From NCBI GenBank assembly GCA_002010065.2, contig MTMD02000008.1, positions 320,001-384,000 of the forward strand: a stretch of 64,000 bases of DNA. The letters run 5' to 3'. This document shows, one piece after another, positions 55,862 through 64,000 of the stretch. Numbering within the stretch: position 1 is the stretch's first letter; every line of letters begins with the position of its first letter. The notes below the pieces were generated by a model. It saw nothing but the letters and a program-made list of their open reading frames with translations. It had not been told where the DNA came from and ran no database searches. The position numbers and the translations under genes were made by a program. The DNA is from Candidatus Pyrohabitans jungbluthii. Its GTDB lineage: Archaea; Hydrothermarchaeota; Hydrothermarchaeia; Hydrothermarchaeales; BMS3B.

Positions 55862-57208
55862 TTATATTTCCCAAGGTGGCTTCTCCTCTGATTCCTGCAT
55901 GCTCTCCTTTCTGCTTTTGATCCGCTCCTCTATCTTAGCCATGTCATCCCAGTCTTCCTGAACCTCCTCCTTCGCTGGATATGCGTTCCTCGCAAAGGTG
56001 AGGAACACCTCGCCTAGAGGAGTCATCTTAACCTCGGTAGCTGCCCGCTGCACAATCCCGTAGTATTCCAGCACCTTCAGCGCTTCGTTCACCTCCTCTT
56101 TTGGCAGGTCGCTTTTCTGCACAATCTCCTGAAGCTGCATGGTGCCCTTCTCCAGAAGATTCAGAAGCACAATATCGCTCGCCGTTGGTAGCACCGAGAA
56201 GGCATCTATCTGCTCAAGGGTAATTTCATACACACACGCAGCGCCACCTGCGTTTCTGCACTCTACCTCCCTTATTGTGACGCCAATCTTCAGGTTCTCC
56301 ATGAAGAACCTTCCCACTGCCGTCGAAGTTGTGTGACATGCCCCACCCGGCACCATTGCACAAACGTGGCAGCCCTCCACACGGAGGCGGTAGGTTAGCG
56401 GTGCCTTGCTTTGGAGCGAGACCTTTTCGCCAATTCCCGCGCGCATGAGCATGTTCTCAATCAGGAGCCGAAGCCTGTCATCCTCGAAAACACCTGTCGC
56501 GGAAGAGCGCAGAAATGCTCGCCTCGCAGCCACTGGCACTGTGATACTTTCAAGGAAATCATTAACCCTCTCTTCAACCTCAAATAATTTCTCAAAGCTT
56601 CCCAGCAGCTCTGAGAAGTTCAGAGGTTCCTCCTCAAACCCCTGAAGCTCAACATTCATTATCCTCCGGATGTCCTCCTCATTCAGATAGAAATACAGGT
56701 GACAGTAGGTGAAATCAGAATCCTGCAGGGAAGTACTGAAAAAGAGCACACCCTCCTTATTTACGCCGAGAGCTGCAAGAAGGTCCGGAATTGAGCGAAT
56801 TCTGCCTGCGCTCAAATCTGGAGAGGAGATTTTCACCTTCACCCCAAAAAAATCAGAAATCGCCTTTACGAAGGAACCTGCCATCTTTCTGCCTACTTCC
56901 TGGAGCATACCATCAAGCTCCGAAACGGAACCGGGATTACCAATACACTGACCTACTTTCAGCGCACCCTTAATAGGAAAAAAGAAGAGAAGGGTACCTG
57001 TTATTGCATCTCCAAAGGTATAGACGCTGACAATCACCCCCTCCTCTCCCACCTTCTCCGCCATATCCTTCCCCGCTATTACGTCTATCACCGGCGGCGT
57101 TATTGACACCTTTGCGCTCAGCATATCCGAGAGGGAGCTTGCAGAGTGGCTAGAGCCAATGTTTCCAACCTCACGCAGCGCATCCTTAGCAAAACTGCTG
57201 AGGTTCAC
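55862..57208 (-). CDS. CheC-like + V4R + winged-helix fusion protein
   Basis: N-terminal DALREVGNIG (CheC); EGCHVC...ACH...EVECRNAGGAACVYEI (V4R); C-terminal wHTH. Confidence 0.8.
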   Translation of the reverse strand: MNLSSFAKDALREVGNIGSSHSASSLSDMLSAKVSITPPVIDVIAGKDMAEKVGEEGVIVSVYTFGDAITGTLLFFFPIKGALKVGQCIGNPGSVSELDGMLQEVGRKMAGSFVKAISDFFGVKVKISSPDLSAGRIRSIPDLLAALGVNKEGVLFFSTSLQDSDFTYCHLYFYLNEEDIRRIMNVELQGFEEEPLNFSELLGSFEKLFEVEERVNDFLESITVPVAARRAFLRSSATGVFEDDRLRLLIENMLMRAGIGEKVSLQSKAPLTYRLRVEGCHVCAMVPGGACHTTSTAVGRFFMENLKIGVTIREVECRNAGGAACVYEITLEQIDAFSVLPTASDIVLLNLLEKGTMQLQEIVQKSDLPKEEVNEALKVLEYYGIVQRAATEVKMTPLGEVFLTFARNAYPAKEEVQEDWDDMAKIEERIKSRKESMQESEEKPPWEI

Positions 57209-57723
57209 TTATACCCCTCCTCCATCATTATGAGCTTCCCCTTCTCTGTGAGTATCCCTGCCTCTGTGCATATCCCCTCTCGCTTAAACTCCTCCAGAAT
57301 GCTCACTATCTCATCGTAATCACGCTTGACAAGGGGCATTATGTTCTCAGGCCTCCTCACACCGTGATAAAGCGCCTTAAGCACCAGCCTCTTGGCGTCG
57401 GTAAATTTAATGGCGCCCACGGTATCAGAGGCCGTGGGGAGCACGCTCATTAGGGCGTTGTAGAGGGAATAGACCTTTGGCTTCTTTCCCCCTATAAAGG
57501 TCTTGGTGTTGTCGATAACCATCACCAAGATAGAGTTTCCGCCGGCGGCGTCCTTTATCTCAGAGATGCTGACATGCTCATTGGGTATCTTTTTCCAGCC
57601 CTTATCTGTCTTTATCCAAACGTTCAAATCCGTTGAAGCAAGAACTATCTTCTTCCAGTCCTTAAAATTCGTTGAGAAGTACACATTCTCCACTTTAAAG
57701 AGAAGCTTCTCCTGCTCCGCCAT
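57205..57723 (-). CDS. cheF: short CheF-like adaptor
   Basis: WKKIVL PH-like N-terminus; C-terminal VLKALYHG...LTEKGK as in CheF; lies downstream of archaellins. Confidence 0.6.
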   Translation of the reverse strand: MAEQEKLLFKVENVYFSTNFKDWKKIVLASTDLNVWIKTDKGWKKIPNEHVSISEIKDAAGGNSILVMVIDNTKTFIGGKKPKVYSLYNALMSVLPTASDTVGAIKFTDAKRLVLKALYHGVRRPENIMPLVKRDYDEIVSILEEFKREGICTEAGILTEKGKLIMMEEGYK

Positions 57724-57725
57724 GA

Positions 57726-58409
57726 TTAGCCCCACTCAGAGATGTACTTCTTGCCGAAGGAACTGGGCGCCGTTTTCTTTACCGTGGTGGTCTGCCCTGC
57801 TTTTGGCTGAAGAATCAGGGTGAACTCCTGGTCGGGCTGAATGGGCAGATCGTTGCCCAGGTTGTCCTCAATCCAGTAGATTATCTCTACTATCTCGCTC
57901 TGCTCCAGTACAGAGTTGGGATTCTGGGGGTTCTTGTCCTTTATCCTTCTTATGTAGAACTGAGCCACGTCGGTGTCTGTACCATTTATAACATTCTCGG
58001 CTTTTGAAATTTCGTCAGTAAGACTAAGAATCCCCTGCGAGGCGTTGTTGCTTCCGGTGCCATTGAACTTTATGCCCACAATGTAGTTATCGCCGGAATG
58101 GTAGGCAAGCACCATATCCTCGTACTTCACATCCCCACTTCCTGCGGCAAGCTGCACGCGTAGTATTACCGCATTTATTCTCTCCCGAGATGTATCGTTC
58201 ACATAACCTATTACATCCACAACCTTTACATTCGTCGAGACTTCTTTGGTTGCTTGCTCACCCGTTACAGTGGCCTTCTGTTGAAGTCCACCAGAAGTGC
58301 GAAGCAGCACACCTGCTGCGACCGCAGCCACGAGAACCATGGCTATGAAGATTATCAGCGTGCCAATACCCACCTGCGCCCTGCGACAGGATAGCAAATT
58401 CCTCCCCAT
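57726..58409 (-). CDS. arlB: archaellin
   Basis: RRA/QVGIGTLIIFIAMVLVAAVAAGVLL. Confidence 0.95.
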   Translation of the reverse strand: MGRNLLSCRRAQVGIGTLIIFIAMVLVAAVAAGVLLRTSGGLQQKATVTGEQATKEVSTNVKVVDVIGYVNDTSRERINAVILRVQLAAGSGDVKYEDMVLAYHSGDNYIVGIKFNGTGSNNASQGILSLTDEISKAENVINGTDTDVAQFYIRRIKDKNPQNPNSVLEQSEIVEIIYWIEDNLGNDLPIQPDQEFTLILQPKAGQTTTVKKTAPSSFGKKYISEWG

Positions 58410-58458
58410 TTTATCTCCCCGTGTATAGTGTGAATAAATGAGAATTATAAAGGTTATT

Positions 58459-58473
58459 TTTTGGATTTCGAAA
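58459..58473 (-). promoter_or_regulatory. palindromic box (minus strand TTTCGAAATCCAAAA)
   Basis: 7-bp spacer, then TTTATAA. Confidence 0.72.
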
Positions 58474-58508
58474 ATTAAATAAAAAAGAAAAAGAGAGATT
58501 TTTCTTGT

Positions 58509-59198
58509 TTATCCCCACTCTGTGGTGTACTTCTGGTTAATCACGCTGGGTGCAGTCTTCTTGACCGTTGTTGTCTGTCCTGCCTTGGGCTGCACTGTGA
58601 GCACAAACTGATCGTCCGGGTCAAGAGGCACGTCGGTGCCGTCGTTCTTCTCAAGCCAGAAGAGTATCTCTATTATCTCCCCCGGCTCAAGCACTTCGTT
58701 GGGCGTTGAATCTCTGTCCTTCAGCCTGCGGATGTAGAACTGAGCCTTGTCGTAGTCTGTACCCGAACTGAGATTGGCATTCTCTATGCCAGAAGCGATG
58801 CCCCCACTGAGGGAGTACAGACTGTCGCTCAATGCTTTTGTACTGTTGTACTTGATGCCACTCACGTAGGTGTCTCCCTCCTGGTAGGTGAGCACTATGT
58901 CCTCATACTTGACGTCGCCGCTGCCAGAGGCGAGCTGCGCCGTGAGGATGAGTGCCCTTATCTTCTTGTTGCTCGTGGTGTCGTTACTGTAGCCCACGAC
59001 GTTCGTAACCTTGATGTTCGTTGAGACTTCTTTTGTTGCTTGTTCACCTGTCACCGTGGCCTTCTGCTGAAGTCCACCCGACGTCTTGAGAAGAACGCCC
59101 GCTGCCACCGCTGCAACCAGGATCATCGCTATGAAGATTATCAGTGTGCCAATTCCTACCTGCGCTCGCTTGTCCCTGAAAAATTTCTCACCCCTCAT
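58509..59198 (-). CDS. arlB: archaellin
   Basis: MRGEKFFRDKRA/QVGIGTLIIFIAMILVAAVAAGVLL. Confidence 0.95.
   Translation of the reverse strand: MRGEKFFRDKRAQVGIGTLIIFIAMILVAAVAAGVLLKTSGGLQQKATVTGEQATKEVSTNIKVTNVVGYSNDTTSNKKIRALILTAQLASGSGDVKYEDIVLTYQEGDTYVSGIKYNSTKALSDSLYSLSGGIASGIENANLSSGTDYDKAQFYIRRLKDRDSTPNEVLEPGEIIEILFWLEKNDGTDVPLDPDDQFVLTVQPKAGQTTTVKKTAPSVINQKYTTEWG
58988..59162. repeat. 175-bp direct repeat shared with 59704-59878 (archaellin 5' regions)
   Basis: Identical except one base (59145 vs 59861). Confidence 0.9.
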
Positions 59199-59251
59199 AT
59201 TCCAATCACCTCCATAAAATGGAAGAGAAGGCAGGGGAGGGCATTTTCTCC

Positions 59252-59914
59252 CTATCCCCACTCAGTTATGAACTGCTGGGAAATCACGCTGGGCACTGTC
59301 TTCTTGACCGTGGTAGTCTGTCCTGCCTTGGGCTGCACTGTGAGCACAAACTGGTCGTCTGGTGCCAATGGATTGGTCAGCGCCAGCTCGTTGCCGCTGT
59401 TGTCCACCAGCCAGTAGACGATCTCTATTATCTCCCCAGGCTCCAGCACGGTATTGGGAGTGGAATCCTTGTCCTTGAGTCTGCGGATTTCGAAGACCGC
59501 TTTGTTCTGTGAGTCTGCTGTAGTGTTAACATTTTCCAGCGCGTCAGTGAGACTCAGTACGCCACCATAGGCGATGCCGCTCACGTAGGTGTCGCCTTCC
59601 TGGTAGGTGAGCACTATGTCGTCGTACTTCACATCCCCGCTACCAGAGGCAAGCTGAGCGGTGAGAATGATGGCATCAACGCGGTTGTTGTTGGTATTGT
59701 TGGTGTAGCCCACGACGTTCGTAACCTTGATGTTCGTTGAGACTTCTTTTGTTGCTTGTTCACCTGTCACCGTGGCCTTCTGCTGAAGTCCACCCGACGT
59801 CTTGAGAAGAACGCCCGCTGCCACCGCTGCAACCAGGATCATCGCTATGAAGATTATCAGAGTGCCAATTCCTACCTGTGCTTTCCTGTTTCTCAGAAAC
59901 TCCCCAACCTTCAT
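59252..59914 (-). CDS. arlB: archaellin
   Basis: RKA/QVGIGTLIIFIAMILVAAVAAGVLL. Confidence 0.95.
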   Translation of the reverse strand: MKVGEFLRNRKAQVGIGTLIIFIAMILVAAVAAGVLLKTSGGLQQKATVTGEQATKEVSTNIKVTNVVGYTNNTNNNRVDAIILTAQLASGSGDVKYDDIVLTYQEGDTYVSGIAYGGVLSLTDALENVNTTADSQNKAVFEIRRLKDKDSTPNTVLEPGEIIEIVYWLVDNSGNELALTNPLAPDDQFVLTVQPKAGQTTTVKKTVPSVISQQFITEWG

Positions 59915-59974
59915 ACAACCCCTCCTATTAGGTTTTAAGAACTAACACCCTGAGAATTGTATATATAATTTTTT

Positions 59975-59989
59975 TTTCGAGCTTCGAAA
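59975..59989 (-). promoter_or_regulatory. palindromic box (minus strand TTTCGAAGCTCGAAA)
   Basis: Near-perfect palindrome, followed by A6-TTATATAT; upstream of the tandem archaellins. Confidence 0.78.
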
Positions 59990-60074
59990 CCACGGTTCAG
60001 ATTGTGTGGATATTTTATTACACAAATATATACGTATTGTAAAAATAAAATTTTCAATCCTATATATTTATATT

Positions 60075-60569
60075 TCATTTGATTAACTGCCACCATGCAT
60101 TGTGAAAATATGAAAAATCGCATGAATTATCATAAGCAGATAAGAATCTATTGGAATACCTATCCAGATAAACTTCCACGCGCCATTTTTGATTTTTTGG
60201 GTCATATTTAAATTTTCTGTCCGCAAACAATTTTTCAAGCTCCAGAGTATTTATTATAAAGAAATCATAGTCTATCGCATTCCTCTCGCTTTGGTCAAAA
60301 TGAACCCCCACTAATACATAGAAGACATTCTCGCTAAGTATCTCCCTGTGAAGCATCCTTGATATTTCCCACCAGTAGCTGTACTGCGCTCCTCTGGGTA
60401 GATATCTGTCGAAGTACTTTTTGCTTGTTTTTATCTGAAGAGCTATAAACTTATTCCTGTTATACCCGACAACATCTATTCCTTTATCTTTCACCGGAGC
60501 AAAGCTGCCAAATTCCATGTGTGTGAGGCGATGGAAGACCTCCAAAACGCCTAAGCTGCCGGTATCCAA
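60075..60569 (-). CDS. PD-(D/E)XK nuclease-fold protein
   Basis: G.LGVLEV...DKGIDVV...ALQIKTS motif; TTG start assumed; AT-rich. Confidence 0.65.
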   Translation of the reverse strand: MDTGSLGVLEVFHRLTHMEFGSFAPVKDKGIDVVGYNRNKFIALQIKTSKKYFDRYLPRGAQYSYWWEISRMLHREILSENVFYVLVGVHFDQSERNAIDYDFFIINTLELEKLFADRKFKYDPKNQKWRVEVYLDRYSNRFLSAYDNSCDFSYFHNAWWQLIK

Positions 60570-60618
60570 GGCTTCGCACCAAGTAGTTTGAAGCTCCTTA
60601 AAAAAGATATAATTTATT

Positions 60619-60633
60619 TTTCGAACTCCGAAA
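60619..60633. promoter_or_regulatory. palindromic box TTTCGAACTCCGAAA between divergent genes
   Basis: TATA-like sequences on both sides (minus TTATAT; plus TTTATAA). Confidence 0.72.
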
Positions 60634-60669
60634 CAATAAAGATTTATAACCTCTCGAGAAGGTGCTTCC

Positions 60670-61014
60670 ATGGGGGGTAATAAAAAGGAAAATCTTGAAC
60701 TACGAGCCTACAAACTTGGTTTTGAGGTCGGCTTCCACACACACGACGAATGGACAAGCTGGGTCTGGAAGGAGAAAAAGAAGATTTTTGATGAGGCAAG
60801 GAAAAGCAAACTTCTGGATAGAATAGAAGTTGCATATGAAAGGGGCAAATTTGAGGGTTTTTTGAGAAAAAAGAGAATGAAGGGAAAGGAGAGTATAATT
60901 AAGAATAAGTCAGGAATAAAAGTTATAGAAAAGCCATCATTTATCTCAAAACCTGCAATGACGGATGTTATGAAAGCAGTTCTTCTACCAAAATTTCTCA
61001 AATTTTTTAAATAG
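60670..61014 (+). CDS. basic hypothetical protein
   Basis: AYKLGFEVG...H.E...W...YERGK.EG pattern; C-terminal P-x5 periodicity. Confidence 0.75.
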   Translation: MGGNKKENLELRAYKLGFEVGFHTHDEWTSWVWKEKKKIFDEARKSKLLDRIEVAYERGKFEGFLRKKRMKGKESIIKNKSGIKVIEKPSFISKPAMTDVMKAVLLPKFLKFFK

Positions 61015-61732
61015 TTTTAAGAAGACTGGTGATTCTTATACCATTTTTAGTTATTTCGAATCTGCGGAGGTTACAATCATGCTTTGTGCCCCGCATTTTT
61101 ATTATCTGAATCGCCCGTGTCATCTGGGAATTTGAAAGAAAGTTGTGGAGGAAGATTACCCCATGGGCAAGGAAGTGCTCCGGAAGATACCTCTCCGGGT
61201 CAGTCATTTCGGAGAGCAGCAGGGTGGTGCACCCGATTTTCTGAAGCCCCCGCATAAACTCCCCCATCTGTTTCTTCTCAAACCTCGGATCGGCGCCTAT
61301 AAATTTGATGGCGGAGAGGGAGTCTATCACGAGCCTTTTAATCCCTCTGAACTTCACGTGCTCGGAGATTCTCGAAAGAAGCTGCTTGTAGGTTGGAAAC
61401 TCCACAGAGGTCTCCAGCATTTCCCCAATGTCCATGAACAGGAGCTTTCCAGATGTAACAAGTTCTTCTATTTTGAAGGAAAAGGAAGTCATATCAGATA
61501 TTATGTTCTCTACATCCTCCACAAGAGAGACAAAAAGGCCACGCTCCCCCTGCCAAGCACCGCAGGCAAGGAACTGCACTCCAAAGGTGGTCTTTCCACT
61601 GCCCGGAGGGCCACTAACCACATAAATTCTGTTGGGCAAAAGACCGCCCTCAATCAGGGAGTCCAGCCCGGTGATGCCTGTATTTACTCGAGTTTTAGGC
61701 CTAGGTGTTCTAAGAGCTGCCATCAATTTCAT
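61007..61732 (-). CDS. single-domain KaiC/RAD55-like ATPase
   Basis: TGITGLD, GPPGSGKT, RLVIDSL, IIKMRG.H. Confidence 0.9.
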   Translation of the reverse strand: MKLMAALRTPRPKTRVNTGITGLDSLIEGGLLPNRIYVVSGPPGSGKTTFGVQFLACGAWQGERGLFVSLVEDVENIISDMTSFSFKIEELVTSGKLLFMDIGEMLETSVEFPTYKQLLSRISEHVKFRGIKRLVIDSLSAIKFIGADPRFEKKQMGEFMRGLQKIGCTTLLLSEMTDPERYLPEHFLAHGVIFLHNFLSNSQMTRAIQIIKMRGTKHDCNLRRFEITKNGIRITSLLKTI

Positions 61733-61774
61733 TCCCCGTATGATGAGTTCTTAAAGAACTAATTAAAGATTTTT

Positions 61775-61789
61775 TTTCATTTCTCGAAA
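61775..61789 (-). promoter_or_regulatory. palindromic box (minus strand TTTCGAGAAATGAAA)
   Basis: 7-bp spacer, then TTTAATT; upstream of the KaiC-like gene. Confidence 0.7.
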
Positions 61790-61861
61790 CATATCCAGAA
61801 GGATTAACCTTAAAAGAATCTTATTTAAGCTAAAGTTTAGCACAAATTTCGGAGGGAATGG

Positions 61862-62884
61862 ATGGGGGAGCGCATAAAAGTACTCGTAGTAGACGACTCG
61901 GCATTAATGCGCAAGCTGATTTCAGACATGATTAATTCCTCACCAGACTGCGAGGTTATAGGCATAGCAAGAGACGGAGAAGAAGCTATTGAAAAGGTAA
62001 ACCAGCTTCGTCCGGACGTTGTTACCCTCGACGTGGAGATGCCCCGTATTAATGGCTTAGAGGCGCTGGCGCACATCATGATGCACATGCCCACGCCTGT
62101 GATAATGCTCTCGGCACTCACAAAGGAAGGCGCGGAAACAACAATGAGAGCGCTTGAGCTGGGTGCCGTCGATTTTATCGCCAAACCTGGAGGAAAGAGT
62201 ATATCCGTGGGCATAGAGGAAATAAAGGAAGAGCTTTTGAAAAAGATACGCGTGGCTGCGCGTGCGAAGCCTAAGAGGCTTTATATTCGTAGGAAAAAGA
62301 AGCATTTACTGCCGAAAAAACTGCGTGAAAACATTGCTATCGTCTTCGGCGCTTCCACAGGTGGACCGGGAACTTTGATGGATATACTTCAAGCTTTACC
62401 CGCCGACATGCCCCCTGTTTTTATAGTCCAGCACATGCCCCCTGGCTTCACCTCCTCCTTCGCGAAGAGACTTAATGCCCTTTCTCGCTTTGAGGTTAAA
62501 GAAGCGGAGGATGGGGACGTCATAGAGTCTGGGGTGGGGTATGTAGCACCAGGAGATTACCACATGGTCATCCGGAGAGGTCGCATAAGGCTCACTAAGG
62601 AACCAAAGCTGCATGGCGTAAGACCTGCGGTGGACAAGACCATGGAAAGTGCAGCAGAGGTCTACGGGAAAAACACCATCGGTGTTCTTCTCACTGGAAT
62701 GGGTAACGACGGAGCGGAGGGGCTCAAAAAAATCAGGGCCTTAGGGGGTAGGACAATCGTTGAAGACAGCTCCACCTGCGTGGTCTTCGGCATGCCCAAG
62801 GCTGCGATCGAAGCTGGGGCAGCTGAAGTTATCGCCCCCAACTATAGAATCGCTGACGAGATTATAAGGATGCTGGGAGAATGA
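61862..62884 (+). CDS. cheB: chemotaxis methylesterase CheB
   Basis: REC domain plus GASTGGP, QHMP, RPAVD, LTGMGNDG. Confidence 0.97.
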   Translation: MGERIKVLVVDDSALMRKLISDMINSSPDCEVIGIARDGEEAIEKVNQLRPDVVTLDVEMPRINGLEALAHIMMHMPTPVIMLSALTKEGAETTMRALELGAVDFIAKPGGKSISVGIEEIKEELLKKIRVAARAKPKRLYIRRKKKHLLPKKLRENIAIVFGASTGGPGTLMDILQALPADMPPVFIVQHMPPGFTSSFAKRLNALSRFEVKEAEDGDVIESGVGYVAPGDYHMVIRRGRIRLTKEPKLHGVRPAVDKTMESAAEVYGKNTIGVLLTGMGNDGAEGLKKIRALGGRTIVEDSSTCVVFGMPKAAIEAGAAEVIAPNYRIADEIIRMLGE

Positions 62885-63696
62885 TCACCTCAAGCCAGGA
62901 CTATTTCCCGCTGCTGAAAAGGAAGATTAAGGACATTATGGACTTCAATAGCGAATTCTACGAAGACAAACATCTGAGGAGAAGGGTTGCCATCAGAATG
63001 CGTGCCCTCGACATCGCCTCCTACAGAGAATACCTGAGGATACTAGAAAGGGACAGAGATGAGCGCATAAAACTTTCAAAGGTTCTCACGGTCAATGTCA
63101 CAGAATTCTTCCGCAATCCAGAGACCTTTGAGGTTATCAGGCGCGACGTATTACCTGAACTGATTAAGCTCAAGCTGAACAACAGCAGTAGGGTGCTCCG
63201 CCTGTGGAGCGCCGGATGTGCTGACGGCAAAGAGCCCTATTCTCTTGCGATGCTCATAAAAGATGTGCTCAACGGAAGAGATGACTTCATGGTAAAGATA
63301 ATGGCAACTGATATAGATATAGACAGTCTTGAAAAGGCAAGACTCGGCATATATCACAAGGACGAGTTGAGGGGGATAAGAAAGGACTACCTTAAGAAGT
63401 ACTTTGAAAAGACCGCAAGGGGCTACAGGGTAAAGGAGGAAATAAGGAAGATGGTGACATTTGAGCGCAGGGATCTAATCTCAGATAGAAAGTACAAGGT
63501 TATGGACGTAATACTGTGCAGGAATGTGATTATATACTTCTCGAAGGAGTTAAAAGAAAAGCTGTTTATGGACTTCTATGACTCGCTAAACACAGGCGGT
63601 TTTCTGATTCTGGGTAAGACTGAGAACTTGACCGGCCCTGCAAGGAAAAAATTTGTGGTGTACAACAATGTTGAAAGAATTTATAGAAAGATGTAG
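62881..63696 (+). CDS. cheR: chemotaxis methyltransferase CheR
   Basis: NVTEFFRN, WSAGCADGKEPYS, ATDID, CRNVIIYF. Confidence 0.97.
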   Translation: MITSSQDYFPLLKRKIKDIMDFNSEFYEDKHLRRRVAIRMRALDIASYREYLRILERDRDERIKLSKVLTVNVTEFFRNPETFEVIRRDVLPELIKLKLNNSSRVLRLWSAGCADGKEPYSLAMLIKDVLNGRDDFMVKIMATDIDIDSLEKARLGIYHKDELRGIRKDYLKKYFEKTARGYRVKEEIRKMVTFERRDLISDRKYKVMDVILCRNVIIYFSKELKEKLFMDFYDSLNTGGFLILGKTENLTGPARKKFVVYNNVERIYRKM

Positions 63697-63779
63697 GGGA
63701 ACCCTAAAAGGGCCCCCCTCCCCCACACCTTTCCCCGGAGGTATTGAGTTATCTGTAATAGTAATATAAGTAGATTATC

Positions 63780-63794
63780 TTTCGAATTCTGAAA
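63780..63794. promoter_or_regulatory. palindromic box TTTCGAATTCTGAAA
   Basis: Exact reverse complement of 21431-21445. Confidence 0.6.
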
Positions 63795-63963
63795 CACGCG
63801 GTTTACTGTGCCATATGTGCCATTAGTTTGTGCAGGCACCGTTGCAGCACGATGCGTTTAAGTTTTATTAATATTTCTTAAAATAAGATTTAATTATTCC
63901 TGAACTGCCCACAACAAAATGGAGAAATGTCAGAATCTGCAGCCATGCTGCTATACATTTAAG

Positions 63964-63999
63964 TTACTCCAGCTCCCTAGGGTCAGTGATTCGCCCAGT
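63964..63999 (-). CDS. C-terminal end of a probable LeuC/aconitase-family large subunit (truncated)
   Basis: Reads TGRITDPRELE*, a typical LeuC C-terminus; only 11 codons visible. Confidence 0.45.
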   Translation of the reverse strand, partial: TGRITDPRELE

Positions 64000-64000
64000 A

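Noticed and set aside
61740-61790. C/D box sRNA (ATGATGA at 61740)
   Set aside because: No CTGA D box at a suitable distance
586-63357. Numerous antisense and overlapping ORFs in the track (e.g. 3442-4323, 5988-7079, 38417-39202)
   Set aside because: Shadows of well-supported genes on the opposite strand or in another frame, with no motifs

Overview
Archaeal chromosomal window, probably a thermophilic euryarchaeote. The gene set (CofC, TIGR00284, HypF, PycB, SMC-ScpA, archaellum and che genes) would fit Hydrothermarchaeota, but that assignment is inference. 1-8 kb: three anion transporters interleaved with four universal stress proteins. 8-42 kb: mostly housekeeping genes (TIGR00300, Ogg, UbiB kinase/phasin, PfkB, HypF, PycB, NurA-HerA, RPA-like protein, MCM, TatD, ScpA-SMC, HtrA, CofC, IleRS, cupin-GalU). 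42.7-63.7 kb: an archaellum/chemotaxis/two-component region lacking arlHIJ, cheW and MCPs. Main signals not explained by the ORF track: (1) a 15-bp palindrome TTTCRR-N3-YYGAAA, 13 copies, usually exactly 7 bp upstream of TATA boxes of motility genes and of unannotated micro-ORFs, i.e. a candidate activator regulon; (2) a ~145-nt multi-stem ncRNA candidate at 9116-9258 with its own TATA box and U-tract; (3) a 37-bp double-hairpin (cGAAg loop) REP-like repeat, with a structure-conserving variant copy, bracketing a small gene pair; (4) two separate elements, each made of an identical box plus a GGGGGAGGGGG core 61-62 nt away; (5) unusual proteins: a CheC-V4R-wHTH fusion, a short CheF, a PfkB kinase with a PIP-box-like tail, a cupin-GalU fusion and zinc-finger microproteins. 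No tRNA, rRNA, CRISPR array or transposase was found. All calls were made by eye, without database searches.
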